64,000 nucleotides of DNA from Fimbriosthenelais zetlandica (GCA_977030845.1 OZ365111.1:45694001-45758000), one strand, 5' to 3'; shown: positions 1 through 14,700, numbered from the stretch's first letter. Notes: generated by a model from the sequence alone, not told the origin. A program made the numbers and translations.

Positions 1-673
1 AAGGATGAGATCAGGACATTTCCCCTTTTGTTGTAACGCGTATGGCTTGTTTATTGACTTCTTCTCTCCATTCTCTGGAGTCAATAAAAGCAAGATTGAG
101 AGAGTCGTGGATGACATCTCAGTCCTTTTCTGGCGACCCGACGCCATGCAATGGTATTAGATTTATGAATATTAATGAGGAACGGATGGTCACGTGCCCA
201 GGCAAACTGCAGGGCCATGTATTTTGTGGTTGACCAGCGCATAGCTTGGATAAATCCCTTCTACCGGCTTCGTCCAAGAACTCCACAAAGATATGGCACA
301 CATAATTGCATTACTTTTGTGGCATACCTTCTGACTTTATATGAATATGGATTCTTGCCATGTGAAATCATGATCCAAACTTGACGCTGCTTTTATGTGA
401 GGTCGGTTAAAGCTAATCTCATCTTCATATCCCCTAATCCTCCCAGCTGATCTGGCAAACCAAGACAGGCAGAAGCTGAGTAATTGGGCTCGCTACAACA
501 AAGAGGTTTACCTCTACCAATCAAGCCAGAGAGGATTCAGGAATTATGGCTTCACAATACAGGTCCATTAGAACAAAGCTATAGAGAGATTGAACCAATT
601 TCTCACCGCTTTATGCTAACAACAAGCTCCTGATCTTGAAGGATCCAATTTGTATAGCGGGGTACAGGTATAT

Positions 674-718
674 GGGTGGGTGGGTGGGGGGGGGGGGGGG
701 GGGTGGGGGGGGGGGGGG
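674..718 (+). repeat. Poly-G / (GGGT)n tract
   Basis: About 45 nt that is almost purely G. Confidence 0.95.
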
Positions 719-2544
719 CAGGCATGTGACACATATCTCCCCCATATTATACAGCAACTTAATATTGGCAAGCATGGCTGTATTCAAGAGACCAAGAAGT
801 TAATGTCTATTATTTACAAGATTTATATATCAACCGTAACAAGATATTTTATAATAACAATAATACTTTAACCTCACAATCTAAGTACCGAGAAGGTTGA
901 TAGATGATATTAATATCACACTCAAATATCCATTATCTTTAAGATTATTCCATGGCACATGACCCACTGATTGCAACCTTGACAGGACAATTTGACAGTT
1001 TGATTGTTGGGCTGCCTGGAAAATAATAATCATTTGCCCGCAAGTATTTACTGTATTCATATAATTGTGGAGTATATATACACGTATGACATTACCTTAT
1101 CCTCTACACCAAACACATTGAATCTTGTCCGTTGAGTTTTTATATCAATAACTTCAGTATACATGTACATGTAATATGAAAAATCAAGATATCCCATTAT
1201 TATAATACGAAGAGACCCTGAGGAAACTTGCTGGAATAGTGAGTAATTTATCTCACATGTCTTGCAATTAAGCCATCAAATGAACATTCAGAATATGAAA
1301 GATTTTTATCAGCTGGTGTTAGTATGATTGCTTCTTTACTTACCTAATCACCTGTCTTTTAAATGAGCTTTTCTCCTTCCATCACTAATCTTCAACTCAT
1401 CCCTTCTACTGACATCTAATTGGTCATACTCCCTCCCTGTAGCCAGTTCACACAGCCCCATCTATTGGTATAGGCATTCATAAGTCGTAATGGAACTGGT
1501 GCTACCGATAAATGTCTGGAAACACTAAGAAAAGTTTCTGACCCCAACTCATAATAGAGTATGCTCAAGTTCGTATCACTATTAGTCCATTATCATTACA
1601 CTACGTCTTGCAGGGCATCTTTGTCCCTTCCATATGCTCATAAGACTTCGGCGAGCCAGCTACCTTTTGACCTATGGACTTACAGGGATGTTGAAACTAG
1701 GGGAAACTCCACTGTTGCTCACATATATTTTCGTAGATTATTTCGAAACTGCTCCCACCCGCCGATCCAATTTCACAGACCATGCTACACCTCTGATAGA
1801 GTCTTGTCTATGAACATAAGGTGTCGGAGAGTATAGCCGTGAGCACCTCCCTGTATAATTCCACAATCCCTGCTGGCCACCTTGCCAATTAGCCCCGACA
1901 GGTAGATAACGTGCGTGCTGGAGGCCCCGCCGAATACCTCCACTGATTGTAGGCTACTTGATAAAAAACACTAAATGTCAAGCTGCACGCACCTACAGGT
2001 CTTACCTCAATGATAACTGTATACGCATGGAAACACTGCCTAATAATAGTTATCAGTACATGTATGACAGTTTGTTCTATCAATATATATGTACTTTGTA
2101 AGGATGGTTTGGGAGGAAGAATATCAGAAAGTCAGAAAATTTCAGCGAGGTGAATATTTCATGCCAGCTTAAAGTGATTGCGTGTCTGAGTAGCATACTT
2201 TATATATATGATGGTTCTCTCTAGGGATTTATAGTTTTTCTACTAATTTAACCATCTACAAGTTGAAAGAAATGAGTTACTTTCCACGAGCAATGGAATT
2301 CTATACTGTTTATTGCATTGGGTGGCATTTCCCTTGGTTGAACTCCTTCATGGTTATAATTTCCCGTTGAGAAATGATATTAATTGCTCTGGTATGGGAG
2401 CATCATGTTGCCATGTTTTCACACCTGATATAATGGCAGGCGCGTGCTGAGATGTGTACAGCTGGCTTCACTCCGCGCGCCACGGCACACTAGGGACATC
2501 TGGTGTTAAAATGTGTGACTACTCACTGACGCTGATGAAAACTA

Positions 2545-2589
2545 CCTCTGCTTCTCTATCTCCTTCCTCTCTCTCCTGTCTCTCTCTCC

Positions 2590-2622
<33 letters not shown>

Positions 2623-2735
2623 TCTCTTCTCTATATCTCTCCCCTGTCCCTCTCTCCCTCTCCCCTGCCCCTCTTCTCTTTCTGCTTTTCTCCTCTCTGT
2701 CTGTCTCTCTCTATCTCGCTCCTCCTCCTCTCCTT
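2545..2735 (+). repeat. CT-rich low-complexity tract
   Basis: Interrupted (CT)n; explains the spurious Leu/Ser and Arg/Glu ORFs at 2454-2787. Confidence 0.95.
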
Positions 2736-3691
2736 GGATATTAACTTGCGGCAGAAGAAGTCTATTTTCTAGGCAATAGATTCTCATTGAATTTTAAAAT
2801 GTTAGCAAAGCGTTGTTTAAATCTCTCATTGTCGCCTAATCTCTACTAGGGAAGATTGTCAATACACCAGGGAGTCACAACTGCCATTCGTGCAGTAGCC
2901 GGAAATCACTACGAGACTACTGTAGTTTTGTATTTTCTATTGAGACAATGCACAAGGAGTCGCGACTGTATTTCAATGCAGAAAAATCGAAAATCTTGGC
3001 CCTAAAGGTCAAGCCCAGTTGCAGTATAGGAGAGCGGATGTTACTTTAATAAAAAGTACCGGACTAAGGAGCAGTTGCTCAGGTGTGGCATCCTCGACTC
3101 TCCGGAACTCTTCACCTACCTTTACAACTTGTAATTGGCACCTGACTATCAAAGACTCCTTGACCACTGCCGCTCCCAATCATTACTCTCTCACCATTGT
3201 CCACTGCTTCACCCACATGCCTCCCTAGCTTGAGTGGTCAATTAGAAGGGATAGTGACCAATCATTGCCATGGTTACTGCAAATTGACCTCCATCATGGT
3301 GAGCTAGGGAGATAACATAGAAGGTTCAACTCAGTAGGCCTGTCCTAGAAATTTTCCGAATTCCAATCCTTATTACTTGACATGTAACAATGGATTTGCA
3401 ACCGTAAATCTGAAATTTAATATCTCATTTTAAATTAGCAATTTCATTTTCTTCCTTTTTACCCCCAGCAAACCGATCCAATCTCCCCCATTTCCAATTA
3501 ATGTCATTTAAATGCGTTCCCTTGTTGAATAATTACCAGTCCTTCATTGGAGGATCTTGAAGAGAAAAAGTGGAGCAATAACTAAGAAAAATGCCGGTGG
3601 ATCCGGACGGGTGACACGTGTCAAGTTTGATAGGATAATGGCAATGTTTTTGTGGTGTCATCACTGAAAAAGACGACCCAGTAGTGGGGAG

Positions 3692-3736
3692 GGCTGACTG
3701 GCTGGCCAACCAGCCAGCCAACCAGCCAGCCAGCCA
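3692..3736 (+). repeat. (CCAG)n microsatellite with an inverted (CTGG) start
   Basis: ggctgactggctgg-ccaa-ccagccagccaaccagccagccagcca; can fold as TGGCTGG/CCAGCCA. Confidence 0.85.
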
Positions 3737-3999
3737 TCGAGCCTGAAGCCACTCGGACGTTGATTACTGATTTCTCCAACACCAGTGAATCTGATCAGGC
3801 TGAGTGCTCCAATTAAGGCAGGCAAGGCCAGGCGGCCACACTTTTAGCTCGTTAAGCCTATTATTGACAGTCTCTGAAGGTTAAGGTGTCAGACCCTTGT
3901 CTTTAATGCACTGGGCGGCAGGCATAAAACATCTGTGGCATTCCAGTGAGAAAGTGTCGTCCCTTTTTTCCCGACTCATCTTCACGTCTGATCTTCTGA

Positions 4000-4148
4000 T
4001 GCTTCTCCCTCTCCCTCTTCTCACTCAATCGTCATTCTCCATTCTCTCTCTTCCTCACCTCTCTCTCTTGCCTCTCTCTCTCTCTCTCTGCATCTCTCTA
4101 TCTCTCTGCATCTCCCCCACTCTCTCTCAGCATCTCCTCCACTCTCTC
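4000..4148 (+). repeat. CT-rich low-complexity tract
   Basis: Interrupted (CT)n. Confidence 0.9.
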
Positions 4149-7100
4149 AGCAAAAGAGAGGGTTTCAAAACGACCCAATACCCTTATGAATCAATAGAGA
4201 AGCCATAGTTGGACTCGAGAATAAAGAAAAAAGTCAGGGATTTTAACAGGTTAGGAGGTTCAGGAGCAGGATGGGGGAAAGGAGGAGATGGAGAAGGGAT
4301 GCTCGGTGTCAAAGGCAATCATCTTGAAACTGACATTTCTGACGTCTGACATGGACTGCTGCCTTTCTTCAGGCTTTCTCCTTGACAGGCGAGAGACAGG
4401 TGCTTGAGGAACATCTCATGTGACTTACAACCTGTAACCTCCTTTACTGCTTTTTTCCCTAAACCTTCTCCTCTGCACTTACTCACTTTTACTTAAGTGA
4501 AGAAAAAAATTGATGCGAGATCTTCACTAAGCCGAGTTTTGAAGCGATAATAGAAGGGAACTTAATGTCATGATGGCTTTTAGTCATACGAGATTACCTG
4601 ATCGGTTTCAGCCCATTGCATGTGAATAGTTCACCTACCTAGGAATAGGTCTGGCTGTAAAGCTTTATCTATCGCTTCTGATCATCCGATCACACCCGAT
4701 CATTACCACTTTATAGGACGATCGCTGTAGTAGAAATAGGCCATTAAAAACAGCACGCGCCCCATTCAGTCCTACTTGTATTTGCCAGTTCCATGAAATC
4801 TCTGTATTTGTTATATATCAACTACACTGCTTCTTTCTCACCATGATTTAACCTGGAGACCTGCCAGGCATGCAGGGCCAACACTGACCTCGCCCCTAAA
4901 ACCAGATCCAGCCGATTGGATTGCAGCTTCCCTCGCGCTACATTATTGGATAGAAGCCGGACCCTACAAGAGGCTAATGATACTATTCCTATAGCCTCCC
5001 TGGCTTCTTCCTCCCTTCCTTCTCTATTCCCGAGGCACTAGATTCAGCTGCCAGACAGGGGAGCCACTCCTTGTCCTAGTAATTACCATGTAGGCTCTGA
5101 CCAAAGGCCCTTTCCCCCCATTGCCCTTTACAGACTCGGCCACTTGGCTTCAGAGCAATGAACATTGAGATAAGCCACATTTCTTATTGGTTATTTGATA
5201 GGGAAACACTCTTTTTATCTACCTCTAATAGCCATCTGAAATGTCAAGGCATAGTATTCCTCTCCCTTTACTGATAAACCTGGGGCCTGCTAAAGCTTGA
5301 CATTGGATAGACACAAAGTAAGGATAGAGCTGTTTTTTCTTGGGAAAAGGAATGAAGCTGTCTATCAATCATTTTGCCTTCATTTCGACCTAGCCTCTTT
5401 CTATTTCATTTCTCGTTATAGCTAGAGGAATCATATAGCCTTTTGGGAATACTTAGGGAAATGCTTTCCACATATCCTCTGTCATAAAACATATTCTAGT
5501 AAATGCTTCCTCAGACATATTTGACTTTCAGAGAGGCATATTGTATATGTTCACTACATTTACACTCATATACTAATGTCTGGCTCATAAAAACCGTTCG
5601 AGCAGACAAAATAGAAGACATATTATTGTGGTTAATATTTGGAGTACCTCGAGACATATCGTCTATCTACAAACTTTTACAATAGCAAACACTTGCAGAG
5701 TTTAGAAAATTGTATAAGGTTAAAGTAGTGAAAACCCTGAAATATTTGCAGGAAAATTCAGATAATTTGAAAATGGGTTGGAATCTTTGCTGGCAAAATA
5801 AGAAATATCCACACCCTAAGGCATTATTCATGTATCGAGAAATGGGACAAATATCCTGACCCCTTCTAGGACACATTTCCTCCATATGACAATAAGGACA
5901 TGACTGAAGCAGCTTTAAGAGCTTCCATGGGTCATTCACCCACATTAAGGACCCAGATAGGGATACCTGTATACCAAAGAGACCATTGAACAAGTCTATT
6001 ACCCATGTAGCACGTAGTGGGGACTCTCTAAAGAGGAGCATGTCAACACCTGGCATGTTGGTAGGTAAACAGACAAATATTCAGACGAATATCCCCCATG
6101 CCAAGAGCAAACACTGAATGCTGTCTGCTCCATCCCACCCTTTACCGCTTCAAAGAGATCAATATCAAAGTATAAACTGACTTAAAAGACTCATTTACAT
6201 ATATATGTAAGTGAATGGAAAATCAAAAACTGCTTTGAAGCAGGCTTCACCCAAGTACGAGGAGTCCCATTTTCTCCTTGGAAGTCATCATGATTCATAA
6301 TAATATTTATTTTGTATAAAAAAAATAAAAGAATATTTCATGTGAGGAGATGAGAACGGGAGATGTTGCGTGAGAGAGCCTTACCCTCTTTCGTTCTGCC
6401 GTGATTTTAACCCATTCTAAGCTTTGAAACGTGAGAAGGAAAACGTGAAAAATTAACATGGAAGACATTTCTTTCTCTGCCATTATCTCTTTGTCATTGC
6501 CGATTTGTCTAACAACCAATGAGATGAATTTTCATAGAAACCGAGCCGCATAACTCAACTATAATTCTCATTTAAATCACAAAGTATGGTGTACCAATAA
6601 AAGACAAAATACTGATGGAGGAAGGTATATTAAATTATTCTATAATTATTGACTCGTTGGGTTGAAAAAGAAGCCCACCTCGGCATAACCTTGTACCATG
6701 GTCTCAACTTTTATAAATCACATTTTATGCTGTGCACTTAAACAGTCTGATCACGTGTTACCAATTTCCTTCCGGTCTGGTCTTGAAGTATCTTGATCAG
6801 TTTGAGCACGTGGGGTTAATACCTGCCTCCCTATCTATAACGAGCAGTTGTGAGTTGACCTACGAGCACTTGTGAGATGCTCAACTCCTCCTCTTTATCA
6901 TCCCTACCACTGGTTTTCCACAATTTAATTGGGAATTGGGAGATTATTGAATGGCTCGAGTTTCTCTCACATTAAGTGAGGGAGGAAGTATTCAATTTAA
7001 GGAAGTAATGATTGGCCTGGTTTTTAATACAAATGAAGAAGGCTCGAGATGTGAATCTGATCTACCTTTCCTTATTCCATACTTCATTTGCGTTGGTCTT

Positions 7101-7420
7101 TTTGGTTCATATTCCCTTGTGTTTGATTTTCTATTTCATATTTATTTCCTTCACGTTGGACTTTCCATTTCATATTAACACCCACCTTTCCATGTTATAT
7201 TTCCTTTTATACGTTGACTGAGCTGTTTAAATTGTTGTTTTCCTTATAGAAACTGACCTTTGTTTCATTATAAATTGAGGAATGAAAATGAAACACTTTA
7301 CTTGTATCTAGTCTTTTTACAACGTATCATGAAAAATCTAATTGAATATGTTTAATTCAGCTTTTAAAAAAATCTCGAATCTTGTATATTTTACTCATTA
7401 TATTTTCCATTGTCTTTCAG

Positions 7421-7465
7421 GTATGTTCCAAAACACAACCCATTACTCTTTGTAACCGCGAGGTG
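7421..7465 (+). other. Candidate recursive splice site / RS-exon (3' splice site immediately followed by GTATGT; downstream donor 45 nt later)
   Basis: ttactcattatattttccattgtctttcAG|GTATGT with a 58-nt AG-free zone. Downstream donors GAG|gtggta (7463) and GTG|gtatgt (7466) define 42- or 45-nt frame-preserving exons (VCSKTQPITLCNRE[V]). Confidence 0.4.
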
Positions 7466-8199
7466 GTATGTAACATTTTATATTCCTTGAAACAGACCAA
7501 TCTTGGTCTTCACATGTTCAGTTCTTCACTCTCCCCTGTTTTCAACATGCCTGGCAGTCTGATGAAGCAATGGAAATGACACATGCTGTCATTGTTCCAA
7601 TTGATCCTTAATATGTTTGCCTCCAACCTTTTACAATAGTAGATAGACATTGAAAACATGTAAGAGACAAGGATAGGATGCCTTGTCTAAGGCCTCCTCA
7701 CATGGAATTCTTCCTATTTGTATATTTTACACCAGTTGTCATGCACACCGCTCATGTGGGATAATTGATGTAGGCGTCTGCCACTAGAGGACCTTACTGT
7801 CAGGCGTCATGCACATGTATTCAGCTTAAAGGCTGAGTGTCATAAAGAATGCATGAGACGAACTGACAGAGCAGATAACTCCCTCTTCTCCATCGAATAT
7901 TCATAACCTACTCGCATTGTATTTAACCGTGAAATGTACGGGCTGGAAAAACGATGAATTTCCAATGAAGGACTCGACAGAATAGCTTCAATAGAATGTT
8001 GTATTCATTCTAGAAGCTGCGAAGTATATACAGTATAATGATCATTTATTGACAGCAGTTTCCTACCTTCTCAACAATGGCATTTAAAAACACAGAGAAA
8101 GGTGTGAATCGAGATTTTACTAAGTCACCAAATACACGGATCAATTCCCATGATACGGACAGAGATTTTTGTACCACTGATGGAGCCATTGTGACATTT

Positions 8200-9150
8200 C
8201 CCACTCTCCCAGTTGAAAATGACTCGATAAAATGCCGTTTAAACGAGCGTTAGAACTATTTCGGTTAGAAGTAACAACCATTTTAATGGCGCCTCGCCTC
8301 CAAAATCCCCCGACCACATCACCATGATTTGTCTCACGGGTTTTCTAACTGATTTATTACGACTGCTTTGTGGTGGTCTTTTTTGGGTGTGAAAGGACTC
8401 TTCCTCCTCTCACCCACTCTCTCCCGCACCCTCTTTTCCACTCCTATTCCCTCACTCCCATTCCCCCCAACCCTTGTCTCTCTCCACCGATGGGCAATAT
8501 TAACTCGCAAGCAAATGTGCTTTAATCAAATAAGAAGTGATATTACAAGTGGCGTTGTAGTAGAATTGGCTGAACCGCTTCCATCACTCGCAAGCCCGGC
8601 TTATTGCAAATGAGAGTTGTTAATCTGGAACCGCACTTTTGTCTTTGTGCTCAAGCCGCGTGGAAAATGTTGACAGGGCCTGCAAAATGAGATATTACAG
8701 TCATGCAAAAGGACGGGGAAAAAAGCCCAAAGGGTCCATTTTGATGCCTCCTAAGATTGCTCGATCTGGCGAAGTAAAAACTGTGGCAAAAAATTAGTTG
8801 GTGAACAAAAAGACCTAGCAGCGGTGGTCGGTGGCGAAAAAAATCATTGCGAGCGTTTCACTGTAATATGCAAAGCGAGACGAATTAAAGTTTTTTTTGG
8901 GATGTCTCTTTTTCTCTCTCACTGGAGAAGGATGGCTGAAGAAGTGTTATTATTTTTAAGATTGATGTTTGCCGGGCGTAATAAAGGCCCCTGCAACAAA
9001 GACGGGCTTTTGCTATTGGCAAATATGATTGTGTGAAGTCCGGGGAGAGCTCCCCTGTTATTTATGAAGCATTGCTGTTTTTCAATTCAAATGTTAAGGT
9101 AATATCAAAGGCAACAATGTTTGCTCTTTTTTTATGCGATCCGCCTATCC
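8200..9150. promoter_or_regulatory. Enhancer/CNE-like block
   Basis: By eye richer in CpG than its flanks, with clustered TAAT/ATTA, GCAAAT, TGACAG and ATCAAAG motifs and no coding signal; inference only. Confidence 0.35.
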
Positions 9151-11700
9151 GAGCTTTGAATTCAAACTACGTTTAAATGGGAGATAGAATCAAAATAAAT
9201 GGCTTTCCTTTTTTGACATTTTCTAATTCTACAATGATACGTGGGGGTGTTGTGGCGTGGGGGTGTTCCTGAAATGTCATACTTGTGTTATTGAAAACAC
9301 CTCTTCCTACGCATAACAACATTTTGATTAATTGCATTACAAAAGAGATGTCAATGTAATATAAAGCTTCCAATCTCCGACAAAACATATACATGTAGAT
9401 CCTATTCTAAATTTAATTGTTGCGGGAGCCATGTGAAACTTTATCTTGAATTAATCAATTTCAGATGATCACTCTTACATTTCAATATTATTGGACACTG
9501 CAAATGTCGTGGAATATACATTTGGATTATTCTTTGTGTATTTGTCATTTTGTGGACAAATTGAATCAATGGCATACACAAATATATGCTATTAAATGCT
9601 TATATATCAAATTGCTGGTTTGAGTTGTGTGCTTTTGGCCTTTAACCCACTGAAATATGGCCAGCACGTGTTTATGACTGTAGGTGGCCACCCCCGTGTC
9701 ACAGAAGTAGTGTTTACCATTGTCTTGCCAGCTGACGATTTGACAAGTGTCTCAGAAACACCCCAGACCTATAGCTGTTCGTACCAATCTCTTACCCCCA
9801 TGTAACATTCTGGGTTTTTGAAACACGCCGTATTGAATTACAAACACATTTTGCAGCACACTCTCTGCCACTATGAGCTCCATAAATCCATCTCTGTGAA
9901 TAATGGAGCTCTTCTATGAAACATGTATTTATATAAAGGACTGGAGTGAAAAAATCTATGGAAGTGGTTCTTTTTGAAGTTGTATCAGTCGATCTTAAAT
10001 GCTGTGATTTAAACCTCACAAAGAAGTGCAAAAAGGTGTTTTCACTTAAGGTGAACTCTGTTAGTCACTTTGAACGTCTTACATACTTCTAAGTCTTAAT
10101 ATTTAACAGAGGGGAGTCGGAAAAACAGTTATCCGAGACAGAGTGTGTGGAGTGGATATGTGGGGGGATTGCTGCTGTATCGGTGAAGAATTCTTGATAA
10201 GTTTGACAGGTTTTAGAACTGTTGAGGGCCCGTGCTGAACCAGACAGGTCTGGTGATGATAGTGTCAGGCTGTTTTTGAGGAACTTGTTTGAAATCGTGT
10301 GCTATTGGTTAGTGGGTGGCATGCACCTGTTATACGGTGGGGAATTGCCTTCATTCCCATCTCCACTGACATCTTGCTATTTTATATACCAGGCATTGTA
10401 TTTCTGCGATAACCGAACATCTCAAACATTTGGCAAATGTCTTGCACCTTTGGGCTAGTGGAAGCATAACATACTTTATCTCTTAAGGAAAATTGCTTCA
10501 TCTCTAAAGACCTACAGAACTATGGTATTTCTGTATCTTAAAAACACTGATTTGGAGATGCGATGCAGCCCTTTGGCATGCATGTAAGTAAAGAAAATAG
10601 ACTCCAAACTAAGTTGATAAAGATCAAGTGGGACATTAGGATGGTGAACGTCTGTCCCTCATTCCCTCTCTCCATCTTATTCAGCCAAACAGGCTATCAG
10701 TCAAGCCCTCACTCCCCCTCTCCCTTCACTAGACTACCACCAATGTTCTAATTGGCAGAGTGGGCATTCTGGATAAAGGCTCGGCCGTGAGAATGGCAAT
10801 TTGCATGGTCTCTATACTACCTCTCTAGCACAACCCTATACTATAACGTCTGATGGTGTTTGGGGGTTAGTGCAAGCATAGGTCAGAAGCAAGCTTAACC
10901 CAGTGTTGACGTGCTCTGCATTGGGAAGCTACGTAAAGGGGCCTGATTGAGGTGTTGGGATGCATTGGTTGGGAGGGGACTAGGGGGTGGGGTGTTGATG
11001 GCAGCAGACCACAACACCTAACATCTAGAGCTTAGTGCTCAACTGACAGTCTGGCTGCCATTCAACAAAATCAAGAATCGGGCTCCATTTGTCAAGGTTG
11101 TCTCGCCACCATCCAACCAATCAGGAATCAGGGTCTTTGTGGCTGCGGGACTGTCGCGTCTGCGATTAGGTCGCCGTCTGTCAACCTTATCTCTCATATT
11201 ATCGCCATGGTCACGCCTCTGAAGTTTTTGATGAGAGCCAAGACGAGTGTTATCTTTTTATGCACTCTATAAATTATGTATCAACCTATGTAGGCATATG
11301 GGTAAGAAAATGCTTAAAGAGTACAAAACATTGGAATTTTGGTCAATGCTGACGTGGGGATTAATGGATCCAGTCTGATCATGCATGGCTTAGAGTCGGT
11401 CAATCCATTTGGCACCATTTTAGAATAGTGCCAGAATAACCTGGTATAAAAACTGGCATCGTTGGTGCCTTTTTTTACCGGCATGACCTCAAGGTTCAAA
11501 TGAGATGTGGACGGTTCATGTCCCCCTGTTTTGATGTGATGATCTGTAATGGGTGGGACAGGAAACACAACCTGGTATTATCCACTGGAGCAGTAAGGGG
11601 GTCTGTTTGTGGCTAGAGAGAGCATGGGTGTATGTATGGATAGATGTATGTGTAGTGAAGAGGGGCCCTGAGAGGCAGCACTCGAAGCCTACCCACCTCT

Positions 11701-11740
11701 AGAGATCGAGAGAGAGAGAAGTAGAGAGAGAGAGAGAGAG
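11701..11740 (+). repeat. (GA)n microsatellite
   Basis: Interrupted (GA)n. Confidence 0.9.
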
Positions 11741-14700
11741 AACAACCACACTTGTGTGACGCTATCACCAACAACATTGCCTTCCAGATTGGATCCCCAT
11801 TGTGATTTAACATTGAGTTACTCTTGATTATCTCCCAATGAAGGTGCGAGGCCGTGCCTGTTAGAATTCACACCTCTCTTGAATTGGATTATAAAGATAG
11901 ATGTGCACATATAAACTAGCATCAGTTCGCTCTCAATTCTCTAACTCTTCCGGACCTCTGAGTTAAGCCTGCTGCACAGCCTGGATATTAGGATGTATAA
12001 TACAGCGTGTAAGTATCCATGACTGACAAGGTCAAAGCTTTTGTGTCCTCGGCTCAGCCAATGTTGTGCTGTGTGTCTATACCTAGTGCTCCCTCCATTA
12101 CCTTCTCTCTCACTGCCAGCCCGCGCTATCGCAATCTCTTAAAGGGGCGCACGTAAAATTCACTGTCTCTCTCTCCATAGCTCGCTCTCTGGCCAGAACT
12201 AGGTCAACCACTGGCTTCAGCCCTGATGGGGCAGAAAAAGAGACAATCAATTTCAAAGGATTAGAGGAGGACATGTTTTCATGCTAATGGCATTTTTCTC
12301 CCTTTCCATATCAGAGTGTTATGCTGCTTGTATTTAGATCAACATGATGAATATCTCATAGCTTTTATTAGCTCATATTTTAAGTCGATATTCCACTGAG
12401 CTACGACTGTGGAAATTGTAATTGCAAATGGCGGCCATGCAGCTTATTACATTTACTTATTGAATACCTGCATAATGGTTAATTTTTTTATGCAGTCTTG
12501 CATGCAATGTGTCATAAGTATAGAGGAAATTGGTAACTTTTAATATTGAAGCCAAATGATATTTTTCCATTGAATAGAGTTCAGTGCGTTGGATAAACTC
12601 TGTAAGAATCAATACCATATGAAGTCAAAGGCTTTAGGAAATGGCGCCTGCAGGAATAATTATGTACTAATAAGAATATTAAGATCATTTGTATCAAGTA
12701 CAGTTTACATCTCTCATCCATGTGGTTGGGTAGCCTTTTATTAGCCCCCCCCCCCCTGCGAATACATACTCAATTAACTCAAATAATATGGCTTCATGCA
12801 ATTACTCAATGTTCACTTGAAAGAAAACTGCCGAGACTAATGGCATTTTCTTTGTCGTTTGCCATGTGAATACCCGGTTATAATTGAGTATTTTTTTCAC
12901 TACGATTGACTATAATGGAAGGCATATGATCTCCTTTTTTCACTCTGATGGCTTCATGCAAAGAATATATCTCTGACCTGGAAACTCACAGCTGTTTGCG
13001 TTTATTAAAAAAAATACTTTATGTGCTTCCCGTCTACTGAGCAGACGATTGGAACACGGGTGTGTTTTTTCTTGGATCCCGAATCCTATCTTATATATAC
13101 CATATATTTACAGTTGGGAAGTGACTGTGACATTACATTTAGATTCATCAGACAATAGGGTAACCTGAAAGGATCGTCAATACCATGAACAATCATATCA
13201 GCTCAAACCATCCCCGGCCCCTTGTGAGTTCAACATAAACTCGCTATAGCCGTATGGGGCAGATAAACCCAATCTGCACAAAGTAATCTCTCTTTCTTCT
13301 TGCCCATAACCTCCCTATCTCTCTGCCAGTCCTGCTTCCCAATTGTGCAATAAGCCACTCTTAAGCAGGGCGGGGGGAAATTTCCTAATGATGCCCTTGA
13401 GAGTGGAAACATTTGACTTGGAGATCAGAGTTCAGGAAGAGATATCCCTCGCCTTACCTCGGGGTTAAAGATCGCCTGTCCCTTAAAGAGGATGCAGGCT
13501 GCCCTTCTGCTCCCCCTTATGATGACAAATAGGACCTTTTGTATCTGGATTTGTGATAATTTATTTTTAACTCGGACGGCAGTCTGAAATAAGCTGCTCG
13601 ACTGATATATCAGCTTCGACTGAAGCCACTATCGAATCTCTATTAATATGGGAAACTTGAAAGGGCTTCCGCAGATTCATTTTGCCTATGGATATCCTTT
13701 TTCATATTTCATGAGTCGCATCCCAAATCTAGTATTATTTTGATGACAAAACTCCATAAGCAGCTTCTTCAGGATGTCTGCATCCGTTATAGGTGAAATA
13801 TTTCAGTACCAGTTCCTCGATCCCCATCATTTAAATCACATGTGATAGCACCCCAGTTGGTCACACAATATAGGCAAATATTTGGCAGATAAGAGCTAAA
13901 CATTTCAACCTCCCAGCACAGACAATAGAACACCTCCCAGACAGAAATTAACTCCTACAGGCGTCAAGTACCTTCAAAATGGAATCCCAGCTCCCATTTA
14001 TTCCCATGAAAATATTCCCATCACATGTGTAATTAATGGGTAGAGGGAGAAGGTCTAATTGCCCTTGAATGGATGATTTGTATCGATAAGATCATGACAG
14101 TTGCTCTCTGTGAAAGATCAAAGACTGGGTCTTGGCTGATGGCAATTATTGGTGTGTAGAGATATCCATTACTGTTGTACTATTCTTTCTCTGAGTTACA
14201 TACATGAATGTATTATATTTCCTTTGGCGATGTTGATATAATGTATGACATAGTCTAGGCCAAAGCACTTAAGGATCATAATATTATTTGCCTTAATGCG
14301 TTACTCATAACAAAGGTATACTTTAAGGAAATCCAATTTGCAGTCCCAATGGACGAGATTATTAGGAACTCTTGGCATCTGCGTGATGCCTTACATCATA
14401 TCAATGCAATTTAATAACACTGTTGCATGTCCAAAACCTCATCTGAATGCTAGCCAAGGAGATGTCGGCAATTAATCATTTACTCTTTTTCTTGGCTATT
14501 AAATGACGATGTTCCATATTCATGTTTTAGTGGGAAACAATATCATTTCTCAGTAGCATAGGTCCACTCTGTTAGAGCAATGAGGAGCGACAATGTAGCG
14601 CACCATGCCAAACAAAACCAAGAGGACACTGGTCCGAGTCAGGGTCACTCAAGGCCATGTTTGGGACAGCTGAGGGTCAGAAGTTTAGACCATTAAGCAG

